A program made the position numbers and the translations under genes. From Polyangiales bacterium (GTDB lineage: Bacteria > Myxococcota_A > Polyangia > Polyangiales > Polyangiaceae): 32,000 bases of DNA. The DNA is taken from NCBI GenBank assembly GCA_038210445.1, contig JBBQWQ010000078.1, positions 59 through 32,058 of the forward strand, given 5' to 3'. Positions 1 through 9,423 of the stretch are shown here, piece by piece. How positions within the stretch are numbered: position 1 is the stretch's first letter; every line of letters begins with the position of its first letter. The notes beneath the pieces are model-generated. The model was given only the letters and a program-made list of their open reading frames with translations, made no database searches and was not told the origin of the DNA.

Positions 1-24
1 CCACGCCCCGGCGCAAAGGGCGAC

Positions 25-657
25 TCAGCGAAGAAGCAACTGAATGAGCGCTGCCTGACAGACGGCTGCCATCACCTGCCCCCAGCTCGAGGTGGTGCGC
101 GACGGCGGGCGGGGTTCGGATACGAGGAGCGCGGCCGCCACCGTGACCATGGGCAGTGCGCCCAGGAGAACCGGCGCCGACAGCGCCCCGAAGAACATGA
201 CGGCGACGGCGGCGAGCCACACATAGAACCCGGTGGCCTCGCTGCCACCGCGCCGGCTCGCGCCATTGGACCGACTCGCGGCCCATACCGCGATCAGCCC
301 CAGCGTCCAGGTGACGCAGACGGCGAGCGCTGCGCGAAGGCCGGCGCCTCCGGCCAGCAGGACCGGAACGCCGGTCGCAGAAAGCGCGAAGAGCGAGGCG
401 ACGCCCTTGCGCCATTTGCTCGCGGGGCGCACCACCGCGAAGCCCACGAAGAGCGCCGCGGCAGCGAGGCCCACTACGGCCCCCGGTAGAAGCCAACCTG
501 CGGTGGCCAGGGTGCCCGCCATCATGGAGAGCCCGATGCCCAAGCCGAGAACGCCGAGCGCGCGTACCGCGCGGGGCGCAGGAGGGCGCTCGGCTGCGGC
601 CCGTAGGGTCGGTGCATAGGCGAGGAGGCACCCGGCGGCGGCCCAGGCGAACGCCAT
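25..657 (-). CDS. hypothetical polytopic membrane protein
   Basis: Lies in ORF 25..864. I place the start at the internal ATG (655-657). From MAFAWAAAGCLL onward the product is a series of Ala/Leu/Gly/Val-rich hydrophobic segments, whereas the upstream 69 codons are Pro/Arg-rich. No family recognised. Confidence 0.45.
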   Translation of the reverse strand: MAFAWAAAGCLLAYAPTLRAAAERPPAPRAVRALGVLGLGIGLSMMAGTLATAGWLLPGAVVGLAAAALFVGFAVVRPASKWRKGVASLFALSATGVPVLLAGGAGLRAALAVCVTWTLGLIAVWAASRSNGASRRGGSEATGFYVWLAAVAVMFFGALSAPVLLGALPMVTVAAALLVSEPRPPSRTTSSWGQVMAAVCQAALIQLLLR

Positions 658-894
658 CGACGCGAGCGTGGGGCGCACGCTGAAGAGCGCCGCAAGGGGC
701 GGAATGGCCAGGTGCGGCGCCAGCTCTCGGGGACCGACGGGCGCCGCGCAGGCGCATGGGTCGCTCGGGGCGAGGACGAGGTTCGGCGGTCGCAAGGACT
801 CCACGCCACCAAGCTGTGCAAGGGCCGTTCCGGGCGCGCATTTGCGGGAATTTTGTCCGCGCACGGACCGCGAGCGCCATGCAATTGGCGCGCA

Positions 895-1488
895 TCAGCG
901 CGCTGCGGCAGCCACGTGGCGGAAGGTGAGGTTGAGACGCGGGCCCTGCACCCGCGTGCTCTTGGGGATCCCGTGCACCCAGGTGCGCTGCGTGTCTCCT
1001 CGCATGATCAGGAGGCTCCCGTGGCCCAGGGAGATCTCGTGGCGCAGGGGCGCGAGATTCTTCTGCTTGGGGCGCAGCACGAAGCGCCGCGATGCACCGA
1101 GAGAGACCGAAGCAATGACCGGTCGCGGCCCCAGCTCCGGCTCGTCGTCGGCATGAAACCCCATGGAGTCCTGGCCGCTGCGGTACAGGTTCAGGAGAAC
1201 GCTGTTGAACGCGTGGCCGGTCTCGGCCTCGAGGCGGCGGCGCAGCGAGCCGACCGTAGGCGTCCAAGGGGCGGGCATGAAGGTCTTTCCACTGTAGCGG
1301 TAGGGCTCGTCGCCCATCCACAGGCTCAGGCGCGGCTGCGGCACCTGGCGTCCGAACAGCACGATGCTCTCTTGGGTGAGCTTTGCCTCGCCGAGAATTG
1401 CCGCAAGAACGTGGTCGGCTTCGGGCGGCTCCAGCCAGTCGGACCGAAAATCGAGCTCGCCCCCGAGCGGTAGCTTCACGCACGTCAC
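895..1488 (-). CDS. alkB: alpha-ketoglutarate/Fe(II)-dependent dioxygenase, AlkB family (alkylation repair of DNA/RNA)
   Basis: 197 aa. HxD motif in GFHADDEPELG, distal His in WVHGIPK, and the C-terminal RLNLTFR typical of AlkB/2OG-Fe(II) oxygenases. Confidence 0.85.
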   Translation of the reverse strand: MTCVKLPLGGELDFRSDWLEPPEADHVLAAILGEAKLTQESIVLFGRQVPQPRLSLWMGDEPYRYSGKTFMPAPWTPTVGSLRRRLEAETGHAFNSVLLNLYRSGQDSMGFHADDEPELGPRPVIASVSLGASRRFVLRPKQKNLAPLRHEISLGHGSLLIMRGDTQRTWVHGIPKSTRVQGPRLNLTFRHVAAAAR

Positions 1489-1551
1489 AACAGGGACTTA
1501 CCACCGAGGGATGCGGCGTGCAGGGCGGATTCCCATGATACCGTGCGGTGC

Positions 1552-2817
1552 ATGAAGAGTGACGTGGTGCTGTTCGGTGCGACGGGATTTACCGGGCGAC
1601 TCGTGGCCGAGTACCTGGCGGCGCACGCGCCGAGCGGCTTTCGCTGGGCCATGGCTGGCCGCAACCAGCAGAAGCTCGAGGAGATCCGCCGCTCGCTCGG
1701 GCAAGCCGCCGCCGACGTTCCGCTGATCGTGGCCGACGCCCAAGACGCCGCGGCGCTGCAGCAGATCGCCGAGGGGACGAAGGTAGTGTGCACGACCGTC
1801 GGGCCCTTCGCCCTCCACGGGCGGCGTCTGGCGCGCGCATGCGCCAAGGCTGGGACGCACTACTGCGACATCACCGGCGAGGTGAACTTCATTCGCGCGA
1901 GCATCGACGAGAACCACACCGTGGCCCAGGCGAGCGGCGCGCGCATCGTGCACTGCTGCGGCTTCGACTCCATTCCCTCGGACCTCGGCACGCTGATGCT
2001 GGCCGAGTCGTTCGCCGAGCGCTTCCAGCAAAAGCTCGGCCGCGTGAAGTTCTTCGCCGGGGAGACCAGCGGCGGATTCAGCGGCGGCACCATCGCATCG
2101 ATGCTCCAGCTGCTCGACGCGGCGAAGCGCGATCGTGCTCTGCGCAAGATGCTCCGCGACCCCTACTCGCTCAGCCCCGATCGCAAGAGCGATCTCGACC
2201 TCGATGGGCCGGACTCGGTGCGGGTGCGGTGGGAGCCGAGTCTAGAGCGCGTGGCGGGCCCCTTCGTGATGGCCGCGGTGAACACCCGCATCGTGCGCCG
2301 CTCCAACGCTCTCTCCGGCTTCGCCTACGGGCGCAAGTTCCGGTACTCGGAAGAGATGACCTTCGGCCGCGGTCCAAAAGCTTGGATCACCGCGGCCGCA
2401 GTGGTGGCCGGGCTCGGCGCGTTCCTCAAGGCCGCCACCTTCGGGCCCACACGCATGCTCCTCGACCGCTACCTCCCGGGCCCCGGCGACGGCCCCGACG
2501 CCGAGGCGCGAAGGCGCGGGTTCTTCAAGATTCGCATCGTGGCCGAGTCCGAGGACGGCCGCGAGAAGCTCATGGGGCGGGTCGAGGGCACGAGCGACCC
2601 GGGCTACGGCGAGACGGCCAAGATGCTGGCGGAGACCGCCATGGCCCTCGCCGCCGAGGACCGCAGCGCAGGCGGCGTGCTCACCCCTGCGACGGCGCTC
2701 GGCATGAAGCTCGTCACGCGCCTGCGAAGCGCAGGGATGGTGTTCTCGGTGGAGCCGCTCGCCAGGAGCCGGGGCGCGGGCGCGGCGACGTCGCAGTCGC
2801 CGAGCCTGGACGGGTGA
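1552..2817 (+). CDS. saccharopine dehydrogenase family NAD(P)-binding protein (trans-acting enoyl reductase-like)
   Basis: N-terminal Rossmann motif VVLFGATGFTGRLV and a length of about 420 aa are typical of this family. ATG at 1552 preferred over the upstream GTG at 1543. Confidence 0.8.
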   Translation: MKSDVVLFGATGFTGRLVAEYLAAHAPSGFRWAMAGRNQQKLEEIRRSLGQAAADVPLIVADAQDAAALQQIAEGTKVVCTTVGPFALHGRRLARACAKAGTHYCDITGEVNFIRASIDENHTVAQASGARIVHCCGFDSIPSDLGTLMLAESFAERFQQKLGRVKFFAGETSGGFSGGTIASMLQLLDAAKRDRALRKMLRDPYSLSPDRKSDLDLDGPDSVRVRWEPSLERVAGPFVMAAVNTRIVRRSNALSGFAYGRKFRYSEEMTFGRGPKAWITAAAVVAGLGAFLKAATFGPTRMLLDRYLPGPGDGPDAEARRRGFFKIRIVAESEDGREKLMGRVEGTSDPGYGETAKMLAETAMALAAEDRSAGGVLTPATALGMKLVTRLRSAGMVFSVEPLARSRGAGAATSQSPSLDG

Positions 2818-2885
2818 CGGCCGCACCTACCGACGGCTCCGCACGCGCCCGATGGCTCGCGCCCCGGAGCGCGGCGGTGGGGGCC

Positions 2886-3779
2886 ATGGTGTGGGCAGGC
2901 ATGGCCACGGTGCTTCCGCCGCCCGGCCTTCTGCTCGGCAGCGCGGAGCTGCTGTTTCTCGTGGCGCCCCTGGTGGTGGTGCCGCTGGCGCGGGCGCAGG
3001 TGCCGAGCGGCGGCGGGGCCGCCGGCCGCATCGAAGACGCCGCCACGTTGCTCCAGCCGCTGGCGGCGCTCTTGCTGGTCGCCGGGTGCTTCGTTCCGAA
3101 CGGCCCGCTCGCCGGCGGGCTCACGGTGCCCTGGCTGCTTCTAACGGTGGCGGTGGCGGGCGCAGGCGCGCTGCGTTTGGCTTCCGCCAAGAACTTGCAA
3201 CATGCATGCTTCGCGGTGGGGCAAATTTATCTCGCGGTGGGAGGCGCCTGGGCCTTCGCCTCGCGCTGGGGCATGAAGCCGCTGGGGTTCGCGGAGCCGT
3301 GGGTCATCCTCACCGCCAACCACTTTCATTATGCCGGCTACGCGACGGCGATGATCGTCGGGCTGGCGCTGCCGCGGGCGGTGGGCGTGGGCGCGCGGGT
3401 GGCGCGGGCGAGCGCGGTTGTCATCCTGGCCGGGCCGCCCATCGTGGCCGCCGGCATCACCGGCATTCCCATCGTGGAAGTGCTGGCGGCGGTGACGCTG
3501 GCCTTCGGCCTGTTCGCCTTCGCGCTCATGGTCCTGCTTCACCTGGTTCCGCGCACGCGCCCGCGGGGTGCCGGCGTACTGCTGGGGGTGTCGGCGGCCT
3601 CGCTGATGATCACCATGGGCTTCGCCACCACCTACGCGATCAGCCACTTTACGGGCCGGACGCTGCTGGAGATCCCCACCATGGTGCAGGTGCACGGGCT
3701 CCTCAACGTGATGGGCTTCTGCGCCGCCGGGCTCCTGGGGCTCTTCCTGTCGCGTGCGACTCCGGAAAGCGCCGCCTGA
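2886..3779 (+). CDS. YndJ-like integral membrane protein
   Basis: This is the 3' part of the long frame 1788..3779. The product is multi-TM and carries the conserved LTANHFHYAGY motif that I associate with YndJ-family proteins. An alternative GTG start at 2814 overlaps the upstream stop (GTGA). Confidence 0.65.
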   Translation: MVWAGMATVLPPPGLLLGSAELLFLVAPLVVVPLARAQVPSGGGAAGRIEDAATLLQPLAALLLVAGCFVPNGPLAGGLTVPWLLLTVAVAGAGALRLASAKNLQHACFAVGQIYLAVGGAWAFASRWGMKPLGFAEPWVILTANHFHYAGYATAMIVGLALPRAVGVGARVARASAVVILAGPPIVAAGITGIPIVEVLAAVTLAFGLFAFALMVLLHLVPRTRPRGAGVLLGVSAASLMITMGFATTYAISHFTGRTLLEIPTMVQVHGLLNVMGFCAAGLLGLFLSRATPESAA

Positions 3780-3786
3780 ATCGAAT

Positions 3787-4527
3787 TCAGCGCGCCGCCT
3801 GACGCAGCTCCCGGGCCGCGTCGCCGATGACCGTGCGCGCTTGCTCGCGGAGCGTGGCCACGTCGCCATCGAGCATGCCGGCGGTGGGAATCGCCGGGAG
3901 CACCCGAGCCACCGCTCGGGCCTCGCCGAACCACTTGGAGCCCTTGGGACGACATGCGCGCGTACCGTGCAGGGCGATCGGTAGCACCGGCACCTGCGCG
4001 TCGATGGCCAGCTGGAACGCGCCGTCTTTGAACGGCAAGAGCTCGCCGTCGCGGGTGCGCGTACCCTCGGGGAAGATCATCACCGAGAGGCCGTTGTCGA
4101 GGGTCTCGCGGCACACCGAGAACATTTCGCGCACGCTCTCGCCATCGCCGCGGCGCAGCGGGATGTCGCCCGAGAGCTTCATGTACCAACCGACAACCGG
4201 CGGCCGAAACAGCTCTTCCTTGGCCACCCAGCGCATGTCCCATGGCAGGTGCGAGAGCAGGAAGGGATCGGCGGTGGACTCGTGGTTCGCCACCACGACG
4301 TAGGGGCGTTCGCCGATGTCGGCCGGGGGTGAGCCCTCGACGCGAAAGTCCCAGAGCGGCGTCATGGAGCTCGACCAGCGGCCCACGCGCCGCAGCCAGC
4401 GGCCGGGCATGCGCGGCGTTGGCTCGTTGCGATGCCGAAGGCGAGAGGCGGCGATGAGGGGGAGCACGCCGAAGAGCACGGCTCCGAATTCGGCGTAGGT
4501 GTAAGCCCCGAGGATGGCGCGACGCAC
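3787..4527 (-). CDS. 1-acyl-sn-glycerol-3-phosphate acyltransferase (lysophospholipid acyltransferase family)
   Basis: Catalytic HX4D block (VANHESTADPF) and the FPEGTRTRDG block, with an N-terminal hydrophobic anchor. Confidence 0.85.
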   Translation of the reverse strand: MRRAILGAYTYAEFGAVLFGVLPLIAASRLRHRNEPTPRMPGRWLRRVGRWSSSMTPLWDFRVEGSPPADIGERPYVVVANHESTADPFLLSHLPWDMRWVAKEELFRPPVVGWYMKLSGDIPLRRGDGESVREMFSVCRETLDNGLSVMIFPEGTRTRDGELLPFKDGAFQLAIDAQVPVLPIALHGTRACRPKGSKWFGEARAVARVLPAIPTAGMLDGDVATLREQARTVIGDAARELRQAAR

Positions 4528-4589
4528 GGACCAGAAAGAACCACGAAGGGCGCCGCCGGTCCGTCATCGATCCGTCACAATTCCCCGGC

Positions 4590-5102
4590 TCAGACCTCTT
4601 GGATAGTGACCTTGTTCATGCGCACGGGCGTACGCGGCCGGTCGTTGCCATCCACCGGGGTGGTCTCGATCTTCTTCACAACATCCATGCCCTTGGTGAC
4701 GCGGCCGAAGACCGGGTGCTTGGATGCGCCCGGCGAGAACCAGTCGAGGAACGAGTTGTGGACGGTGTTGATGAAGAACTGGCAGGAGCCGCTGTTGGGG
4801 GAGCCGGTGTTGGCCATGGAGAGGGTGCCCGGCTCGTTGGAGATCTTGGCGGCATGCTCGTCTTTGATGGTGCCGTCGGGGCCGTCGCCGGTACCGGCGC
4901 GCGGGTCTTGGGGGTTCTTGCTGTGGGGGCAGCCGAACTGGGCCATGAACTTGTCGATGACGCGGTGAAAGTGCAAGCCATCGTAGAAGCCCGCTTTCGC
5001 GAGCTTGATGAAGTTCTGCGCGGTGATAGGCATCTGGTCGACGAAGAGCTCGACTTCGATGTTTCCGAGGGAGGTTTCCAGCAGTGCGGTGGGGTTCGCC
5101 AT
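4590..5102 (-). CDS. ppiB: peptidyl-prolyl cis-trans isomerase, cyclophilin type
   Basis: 170 aa starting at [20 protein letters not shown]. Carries the cyclophilin signatures [30 protein letters not shown]-like and PVFGRV. The upstream part of ORF 4590..5480 is Arg/Ala-rich and was not used. Confidence 0.9.
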   Translation of the reverse strand: MANPTALLETSLGNIEVELFVDQMPITAQNFIKLAKAGFYDGLHFHRVIDKFMAQFGCPHSKNPQDPRAGTGDGPDGTIKDEHAAKISNEPGTLSMANTGSPNSGSCQFFINTVHNSFLDWFSPGASKHPVFGRVTKGMDVVKKIETTPVDGNDRPRTPVRMNKVTIQEV

Positions 5103-5146
5103 GATGGCGCGGCAGCCTAGCACCCCGCGCGCCGCCGTGGCGTGCT

Positions 5147-6385
5147 TCAGCCGCGGGCCAGACGCAACGCCAGCTCGAGGTGCGCCCGCGAGAGCGGCGC
5201 GTCTTCCCAGGTGAGCGACAGCGCTCCCGGACCCGCGTGGACGTCGACGTCGGTCGGCATGCCCATGAGCGCGCCGCACGCCGTTTCGTCGAAGAGCGCA
5301 GCCACCAGCCGCGGTGGCCCATGGGCCACGTAGCGTGCGTCGGCGGCAGCGGATGCGAGCGGCACTGCGCCGCGCCCGTGTACGTGCAGCCAGGCCATCA
5401 CGCGACCGAGGGCGTGCCGCGGGTGCACCCGGAGTGGGCGGAAGCCTCGCGGCGCCACCGTACCGAGCCACCTGTGCCATGAGTAGAAACCACTTCCCCG
5501 ACCCGCCGCCTGGTCGGTCATGGTGACGACAAAGGGTGCGCCGCCGAACGTGAAGCGCGCGATGTAGCTCGAGTCGCCCCGCCGGCGAAGGAACCCGCCG
5601 GCATCTACCTCGCGCACGACGTCGCGGAGCGCGTTGCGCGCGCGAAGCTGGCCGGGCTCTTCCAGGAGGAACGGCGTCGGGTCCTGGGGGCCGAGCGGGA
5701 CCTCCACCTCGGTGCCCACGGCCGCGGCGTCGGTGGCGGCGCGCAGGGCGCGCTCCAGCGCTTCTCGAAGCGCTGTGAGCGTGCCATCGAGCGACGAGAG
5801 AAGGTCGAGCGTGTCGGCCCCTTCGCGGTTATCGCGTAGTGCACGCAGGCGCTCCAGGTTCGCGTGGGCGTCGTCGGGCAACAGAGCCCGGGCACGCATC
5901 GAGAGCGCCGCCTCCAGGGGCTCGATCTCAGCCAGCTTACGGCGTACGTCTTGCCGGAGGGCAGTCCGCGGATCCCGATAGAGGCCGTCCACGGGAACGA
6001 GGGTAGCACGACGCGCGCCCCGCCCGTCGACGGCGCGCCAGTGGTCGCTCCCGCCGGGAGCTCGACAATCGGGCGTACATTTGCGGCAACTCGGAGGAGC
6101 GAGCAACGCGGGGCGTGGCCAACACCAGCGGCACTTGAGCTCAGTCAGCGGAAGGCCAGCGAGCTCTTGGGTGGGGGCCGAGAGCCTTCCAAAAATACGA
6201 ATCAGGTACGCAGGGGTTGAGCGTTGCCATGAGCCAACTGCTTCGGTCCTCGCGAAAGATCCATCACGACTTCGTGAGCTGCGTGGCCCGGAACCGGTGA
6301 AGGGGCCGGGCCGAGCGACGGTTCGGAAGATGCGGCCGGAACGACCGGCCGCATCTCGCTGAGCGAGTCGTAGGACGAATGCCAT
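5147..6385 (-). CDS. hypothetical protein with N-proximal CxxC...CxxC zinc-ribbon-like motif
   Basis: 412-aa ORF starting with ATG at 6385. Contains KCRWCW...SCRKCTPDC (4 Cys), then a helical Ala/Leu/Arg-rich segment and a C-terminal domain. The first ~75 codons lie in visibly lower-GC DNA, so the true start is uncertain. Confidence 0.5.
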   Translation of the reverse strand: MAFVLRLAQRDAAGRSGRIFRTVARPGPFTGSGPRSSRSRDGSFARTEAVGSWQRSTPAYLIRIFGRLSAPTQELAGLPLTELKCRWCWPRPALLAPPSCRKCTPDCRAPGGSDHWRAVDGRGARRATLVPVDGLYRDPRTALRQDVRRKLAEIEPLEAALSMRARALLPDDAHANLERLRALRDNREGADTLDLLSSLDGTLTALREALERALRAATDAAAVGTEVEVPLGPQDPTPFLLEEPGQLRARNALRDVVREVDAGGFLRRRGDSSYIARFTFGGAPFVVTMTDQAAGRGSGFYSWHRWLGTVAPRGFRPLRVHPRHALGRVMAWLHVHGRGAVPLASAAADARYVAHGPPRLVAALFDETACGALMGMPTDVDVHAGPGALSLTWEDAPLSRAHLELALRLARG

Positions 6386-6687
6386 TCACGGGGTAGCTCG
6401 GCCGTCTGGGTGCGAACGACTCCTTCTGCTCCCGCCGAGCTAGCTGCGGTTCGCTCCGACCGTCGATGATCGCCAGTCAGCATGGCCGCTTGATTTGTTC
6501 GACAATCACGATCGCTGACCCGGGCGCGGCGACCGTATCGAACTTTGCCAGCGCGACCGACCTCTCTCAGCACTGCTAGGTTGGCAGCCTTATTCGCTTT
6601 GACATTTCGATGTCCAGGAAGACCTCGGGCTTGCTTCCGAGGCCGCGGTTACCCACGCCGCACGTCGGTGACGCGTTCCGCGCAGGT

Positions 6688-7326
6688 CTACCGCTCAGCG
6701 CACGATTTCTTGTCGAATCCGGGCAGGTCGCGCCGATTGGTGCAAATCCAATCGAAAATAAAGCTCGTGTGCTCTTCTTGAATGCCCGCCGGAGATGTAA
6801 TGTCGAGTTCCCAGGTAGTCGGATGGCTGCCGACAGCTATGGATGCCACCACGTTGCCTGCGAGGGGACCGTCCTTGACTAGATACCAGCGGAGGTAAAC
6901 TCTATCGCCGCGCGGGTCATCGAAACGGTCATCGGCCAAGTATTCGAGCTCGCCGAGACCAGACCGTGTCGCGGAGTGGCACGACTCGTAGCACACCAGG
7001 CTCCACGCCTTGGGTCTCGCCCGATACTTGGTGAGCATGACGCCATGACAGTCGGAGAACGCGTAGTCGAAAGTCGGCTGCGGACCTCTTCGACGCCCCG
7101 GATCTTTGGATGGCTCAGGAGTCTCGGCGAGTGGGTTTTCCACCAACCGAGCGAGTCGCACCGGGTCGACCGTGGGGCAGTCCGGCACCTCGAGCGAACC
7201 TGTGTCCGCGGCGGACATGGTCGCGCCCGAATCGGTTCTGGCTCGGGTCGGACGCTTGCATTGCGTGTTGGAGCCGAGCACGAGAATCGCACAAGCAAAG
7301 CAGGCGGCGCGCCCGATGGAGTCCAT
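6688..7326 (-). CDS. secreted Cys-containing hypothetical protein (C-terminal domain paralogous to 10329..11348)
   Basis: ATG at 7326 is preceded by GGGAGAGG. N-terminal signal-like MDSIGRAACFACAILVLGSNTQC. The C-terminal ~125 aa align with the C-terminus of the lipoprotein at 10329..11348 (GLGEL, VKDGxLAGNxV, W(I/L)CxNRxLPG(F/Y)D..CA). Confidence 0.6.
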   Translation of the reverse strand: MDSIGRAACFACAILVLGSNTQCKRPTRARTDSGATMSAADTGSLEVPDCPTVDPVRLARLVENPLAETPEPSKDPGRRRGPQPTFDYAFSDCHGVMLTKYRARPKAWSLVCYESCHSATRSGLGELEYLADDRFDDPRGDRVYLRWYLVKDGPLAGNVVASIAVGSHPTTWELDITSPAGIQEEHTSFIFDWICTNRRDLPGFDKKSCAER

Positions 7327-7525
7327 GTCCTCTCCCTCACCAGTAGAAGCCGCGCAAGGTCGCGGCGACTTCCGAAGAGTATAGGTGTGAGCTTGATGCG
7401 TCCAGGTGATCGTAGGGAGAAGGGCTGCCAGCGAGGGAAGTTGTCCGTTGCCGCGCGGTGACCCAGCAGGGATCAAGATGTGGGCTTGGTGGCTGGCCGC
7501 GAGGTGAAGCGCAGCGCGGCCGGGG

Positions 7526-7551
7526 CGCGACAATCGCGCGCGATTGTCGCG
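7526..7551. repeat. perfect 26-bp palindrome CGCGACAATCGCG|CGCGATTGTCGCG
   Basis: Read directly from the sequence: the 13-nt arms are exact reverse complements with no spacer. It lies in the non-coding stretch upstream of rbfA. Confidence 0.9.
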
Positions 7552-7903
7552 ACGAAGGCCGAGTCCGTGACGACGGCGGCGATCACGCGCCGCGCTTCCA
7601 CATCGCCCGCGCGCGGCACGAGGCTGCGGCGTTCTCCTCCGAACGCGCCTTGACAATTTGTGGGTAGCGGTCACATTGCTTCGGCGCACGATCGCCGTGC
7701 CGCAGAACGGAGGTGGATCATGTGCCCTATTGCAAACGACGGTTTCCGGTCTGCCTCTCGCGACGCATCGTGAACGCCTGACGCACGCCCTCGCAACCGC
7801 GAGGCGACGCGATGGCTCGCTCTGCACGCGGGAGGTTTTCTCTCGTGTGATTTCGCGCGAGGCGTGAGCAGAGCTCGCGGCCGCGCGCGCGGAGCCGTCG
7901 AAA

Positions 7904-8224
7904 ATGAAGCAGGATATGAGTCGCCTCGTTCGCCTCGAGGTGGTGCTGCGTGACGAGTTGGTGGGAATTTTGAAAGACGATGTCCACGATCCCCGCGTTC
8001 GCGAGGTTCGGATCGTGGCGCTCACGCTGTCGGTGGACTACCGGCATGCGCGGGTTCACTTCACGTTGAAAGGAGACGATCCCAAGGAGGTCCAGGCGGC
8101 GCTCGCGCGCGCCGCACCCTTCGTACGTTCGCTATTGTCACAGGGCACCCCGCTCAAGCGCACGCCGGAGCTGCGCTTTCTCTTCGCGGGTCACCGCAGC
8201 GAGGAGGAGCCACGTTCCGAGTGA
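7904..8224 (+). CDS. rbfA: ribosome-binding factor A (30S maturation factor)
   Basis: 106 aa. Matches the RbfA pattern: R..R.E..L...L......DPR, V.(I)V.L.LS.DYRHARVHF, and L.RA.PF.RS.L...L.L.RTPELRF. Confidence 0.8.
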   Translation: MKQDMSRLVRLEVVLRDELVGILKDDVHDPRVREVRIVALTLSVDYRHARVHFTLKGDDPKEVQAALARAAPFVRSLLSQGTPLKRTPELRFLFAGHRSEEEPRSE

Positions 8225-9390
8225 TCGCCAGCGCGGCAGAAGGCCGGGGCATTCCCATCCGCAGCTGGGCCGAGGATCTCGACAACGAGACTTTGGCGCA
8301 GCTGAGGCGCATCGCCCGGGCGCCCTATGTTCGGCACTTCGTATGCGCAATGGCCGACGCGCACCTCTCGGAGCACGTCGCCGTGGGGAGCGTGTTCGCT
8401 GCCGAACGCACCGTGGTGCCGTCGGCGCTCGGCGGTGATCTCGGGTGCGGCATGCTGGCGGTGCCGCTGGAGGACGCTTCCGGGGCCGCTCTCGATACGA
8501 GCGGTCTCGGTCCGGCCGAACGAAGGAGGCTCCTCGAGCGCTGGCTCGCGAGCATCCCGGTGGGCAAAGGGCTCCGCCGCGGGCGCGCCCTCCCCTTCGC
8601 GCCGGAGCCGGAAGCGTCGCAGGGCCTCTTCGAGCGCAACCTCTCTACCCGGAGCCTGGAGAAAGCCCGGAAAGCGCTGGTGGCAAAGCACATCGGCACA
8701 CTGGGCGGCGGCAACCACTTCGTGGAGCTCGGGTGCGACCCCGAGCAGCGCGCGTGGCTCTTGGTGCACTCCGGCTCTCGCGGCCTCGGCGCCGCCATCG
8801 CCGACCACCACCGGGGCGCGGAAGGTGCGCCGCTCGCGGGCCTCTCCACCCGCACCGAGAAAGGAAGTGCCTACCTGGCCGACCTCACCTGGGCACTGGA
8901 TTTCGCCCGCGCGAATCGCATGCATATTGCACGTGTTGCTGCGCGCGCCCTGGAAGAGGTGGTGGGCCATCCGCTGGTCCACGGCCCGCCGGTCGACGTG
9001 CACCACAACTTCGTGGCCGAGGAGGTCTGGTTCGGCGAGCGCCTCTTCGTACACCGCAAGGGCGCCATCGCTGCACCTGCGGGGGGCTTGGCACTGGTGC
9101 CAGGCTCCATGGCGACCGCCAGCTACCTGGTGGCGGGCCTCGGCTGCGAAGCGGCGTTCGGCTCGTGCTCACACGGAGCCGGGCGCGTTCTTCGGCGCAG
9201 CGAGGCGCGGCGAAAAATTCGCCCGGAGGCGCTCCGCCGCGCGCTCGGCGACGTGGTGATTCCAGACGGCGACGCGATGGTCGAAGAGGCGCCCGCGGCC
9301 TACCGCGACATCCGGAAGGTGCTGGAGGCACAGGAGGATCTGGTGGAGCGACGGCTCCGCCTCGAGCCACTGGTTGTTCTGAAAGGGTGA
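8221..9390 (+). CDS. rtcB: RNA 3'-phosphate/2',3'-cyclic-phosphate ligase RtcB
   Basis: 389 aa. RtcB blocks present: MADAHLS, GGDLGCGM, GTLGGGNHFVEL, HSGSRGLG, HHNF, HRKGA, PGSM, CSHGAGR and a C-terminal VVLKG. The GTG start overlaps the rbfA stop (GTGA). Confidence 0.92.
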   Translation: MIASAAEGRGIPIRSWAEDLDNETLAQLRRIARAPYVRHFVCAMADAHLSEHVAVGSVFAAERTVVPSALGGDLGCGMLAVPLEDASGAALDTSGLGPAERRRLLERWLASIPVGKGLRRGRALPFAPEPEASQGLFERNLSTRSLEKARKALVAKHIGTLGGGNHFVELGCDPEQRAWLLVHSGSRGLGAAIADHHRGAEGAPLAGLSTRTEKGSAYLADLTWALDFARANRMHIARVAARALEEVVGHPLVHGPPVDVHHNFVAEEVWFGERLFVHRKGAIAAPAGGLALVPGSMATASYLVAGLGCEAAFGSCSHGAGRVLRRSEARRKIRPEALRRALGDVVIPDGDAMVEEAPAAYRDIRKVLEAQEDLVERRLRLEPLVVLKG

Positions 9391-9423
9391 ATGCGAGCGC
9401 GGGGGCGTGCATCCCAATGCGAA

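Noticed and set aside
1788-2810. The 5' two-thirds of the 663-aa ORF 1788..3779, plus many other long ORFs in alternative frames (e.g. 8445..10421, 9169..10560, 12242..13429, 14356..15400, 17844..19256, 18416..19480, 22989..24896, 23347..25308).
   Set aside because: Their translations are Arg/Pro/Gly/Ala-rich low-complexity sequence, typical of off-frame reading through high-GC genes. Each overlaps an ORF on the same or opposite strand that carries clear family motifs.
7650-7678. An exact TTGACA at 7650-7655 as the -35 element of an rbfA promoter.
   Set aside because: No acceptable -10 hexamer follows at 16-18 nt spacing (CACATT / ACATTG). It is mentioned only as context, not called as a promoter.
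9391-9423. The ATG at 9391 as the start of the beta-lactamase (MRARGRASQCE…).
   Set aside because: The second ATG (9424) gives a standard signal peptide beginning MRAPRFLLAIPLVAC. The first remains possible and is noted because it abuts the rtcB stop.
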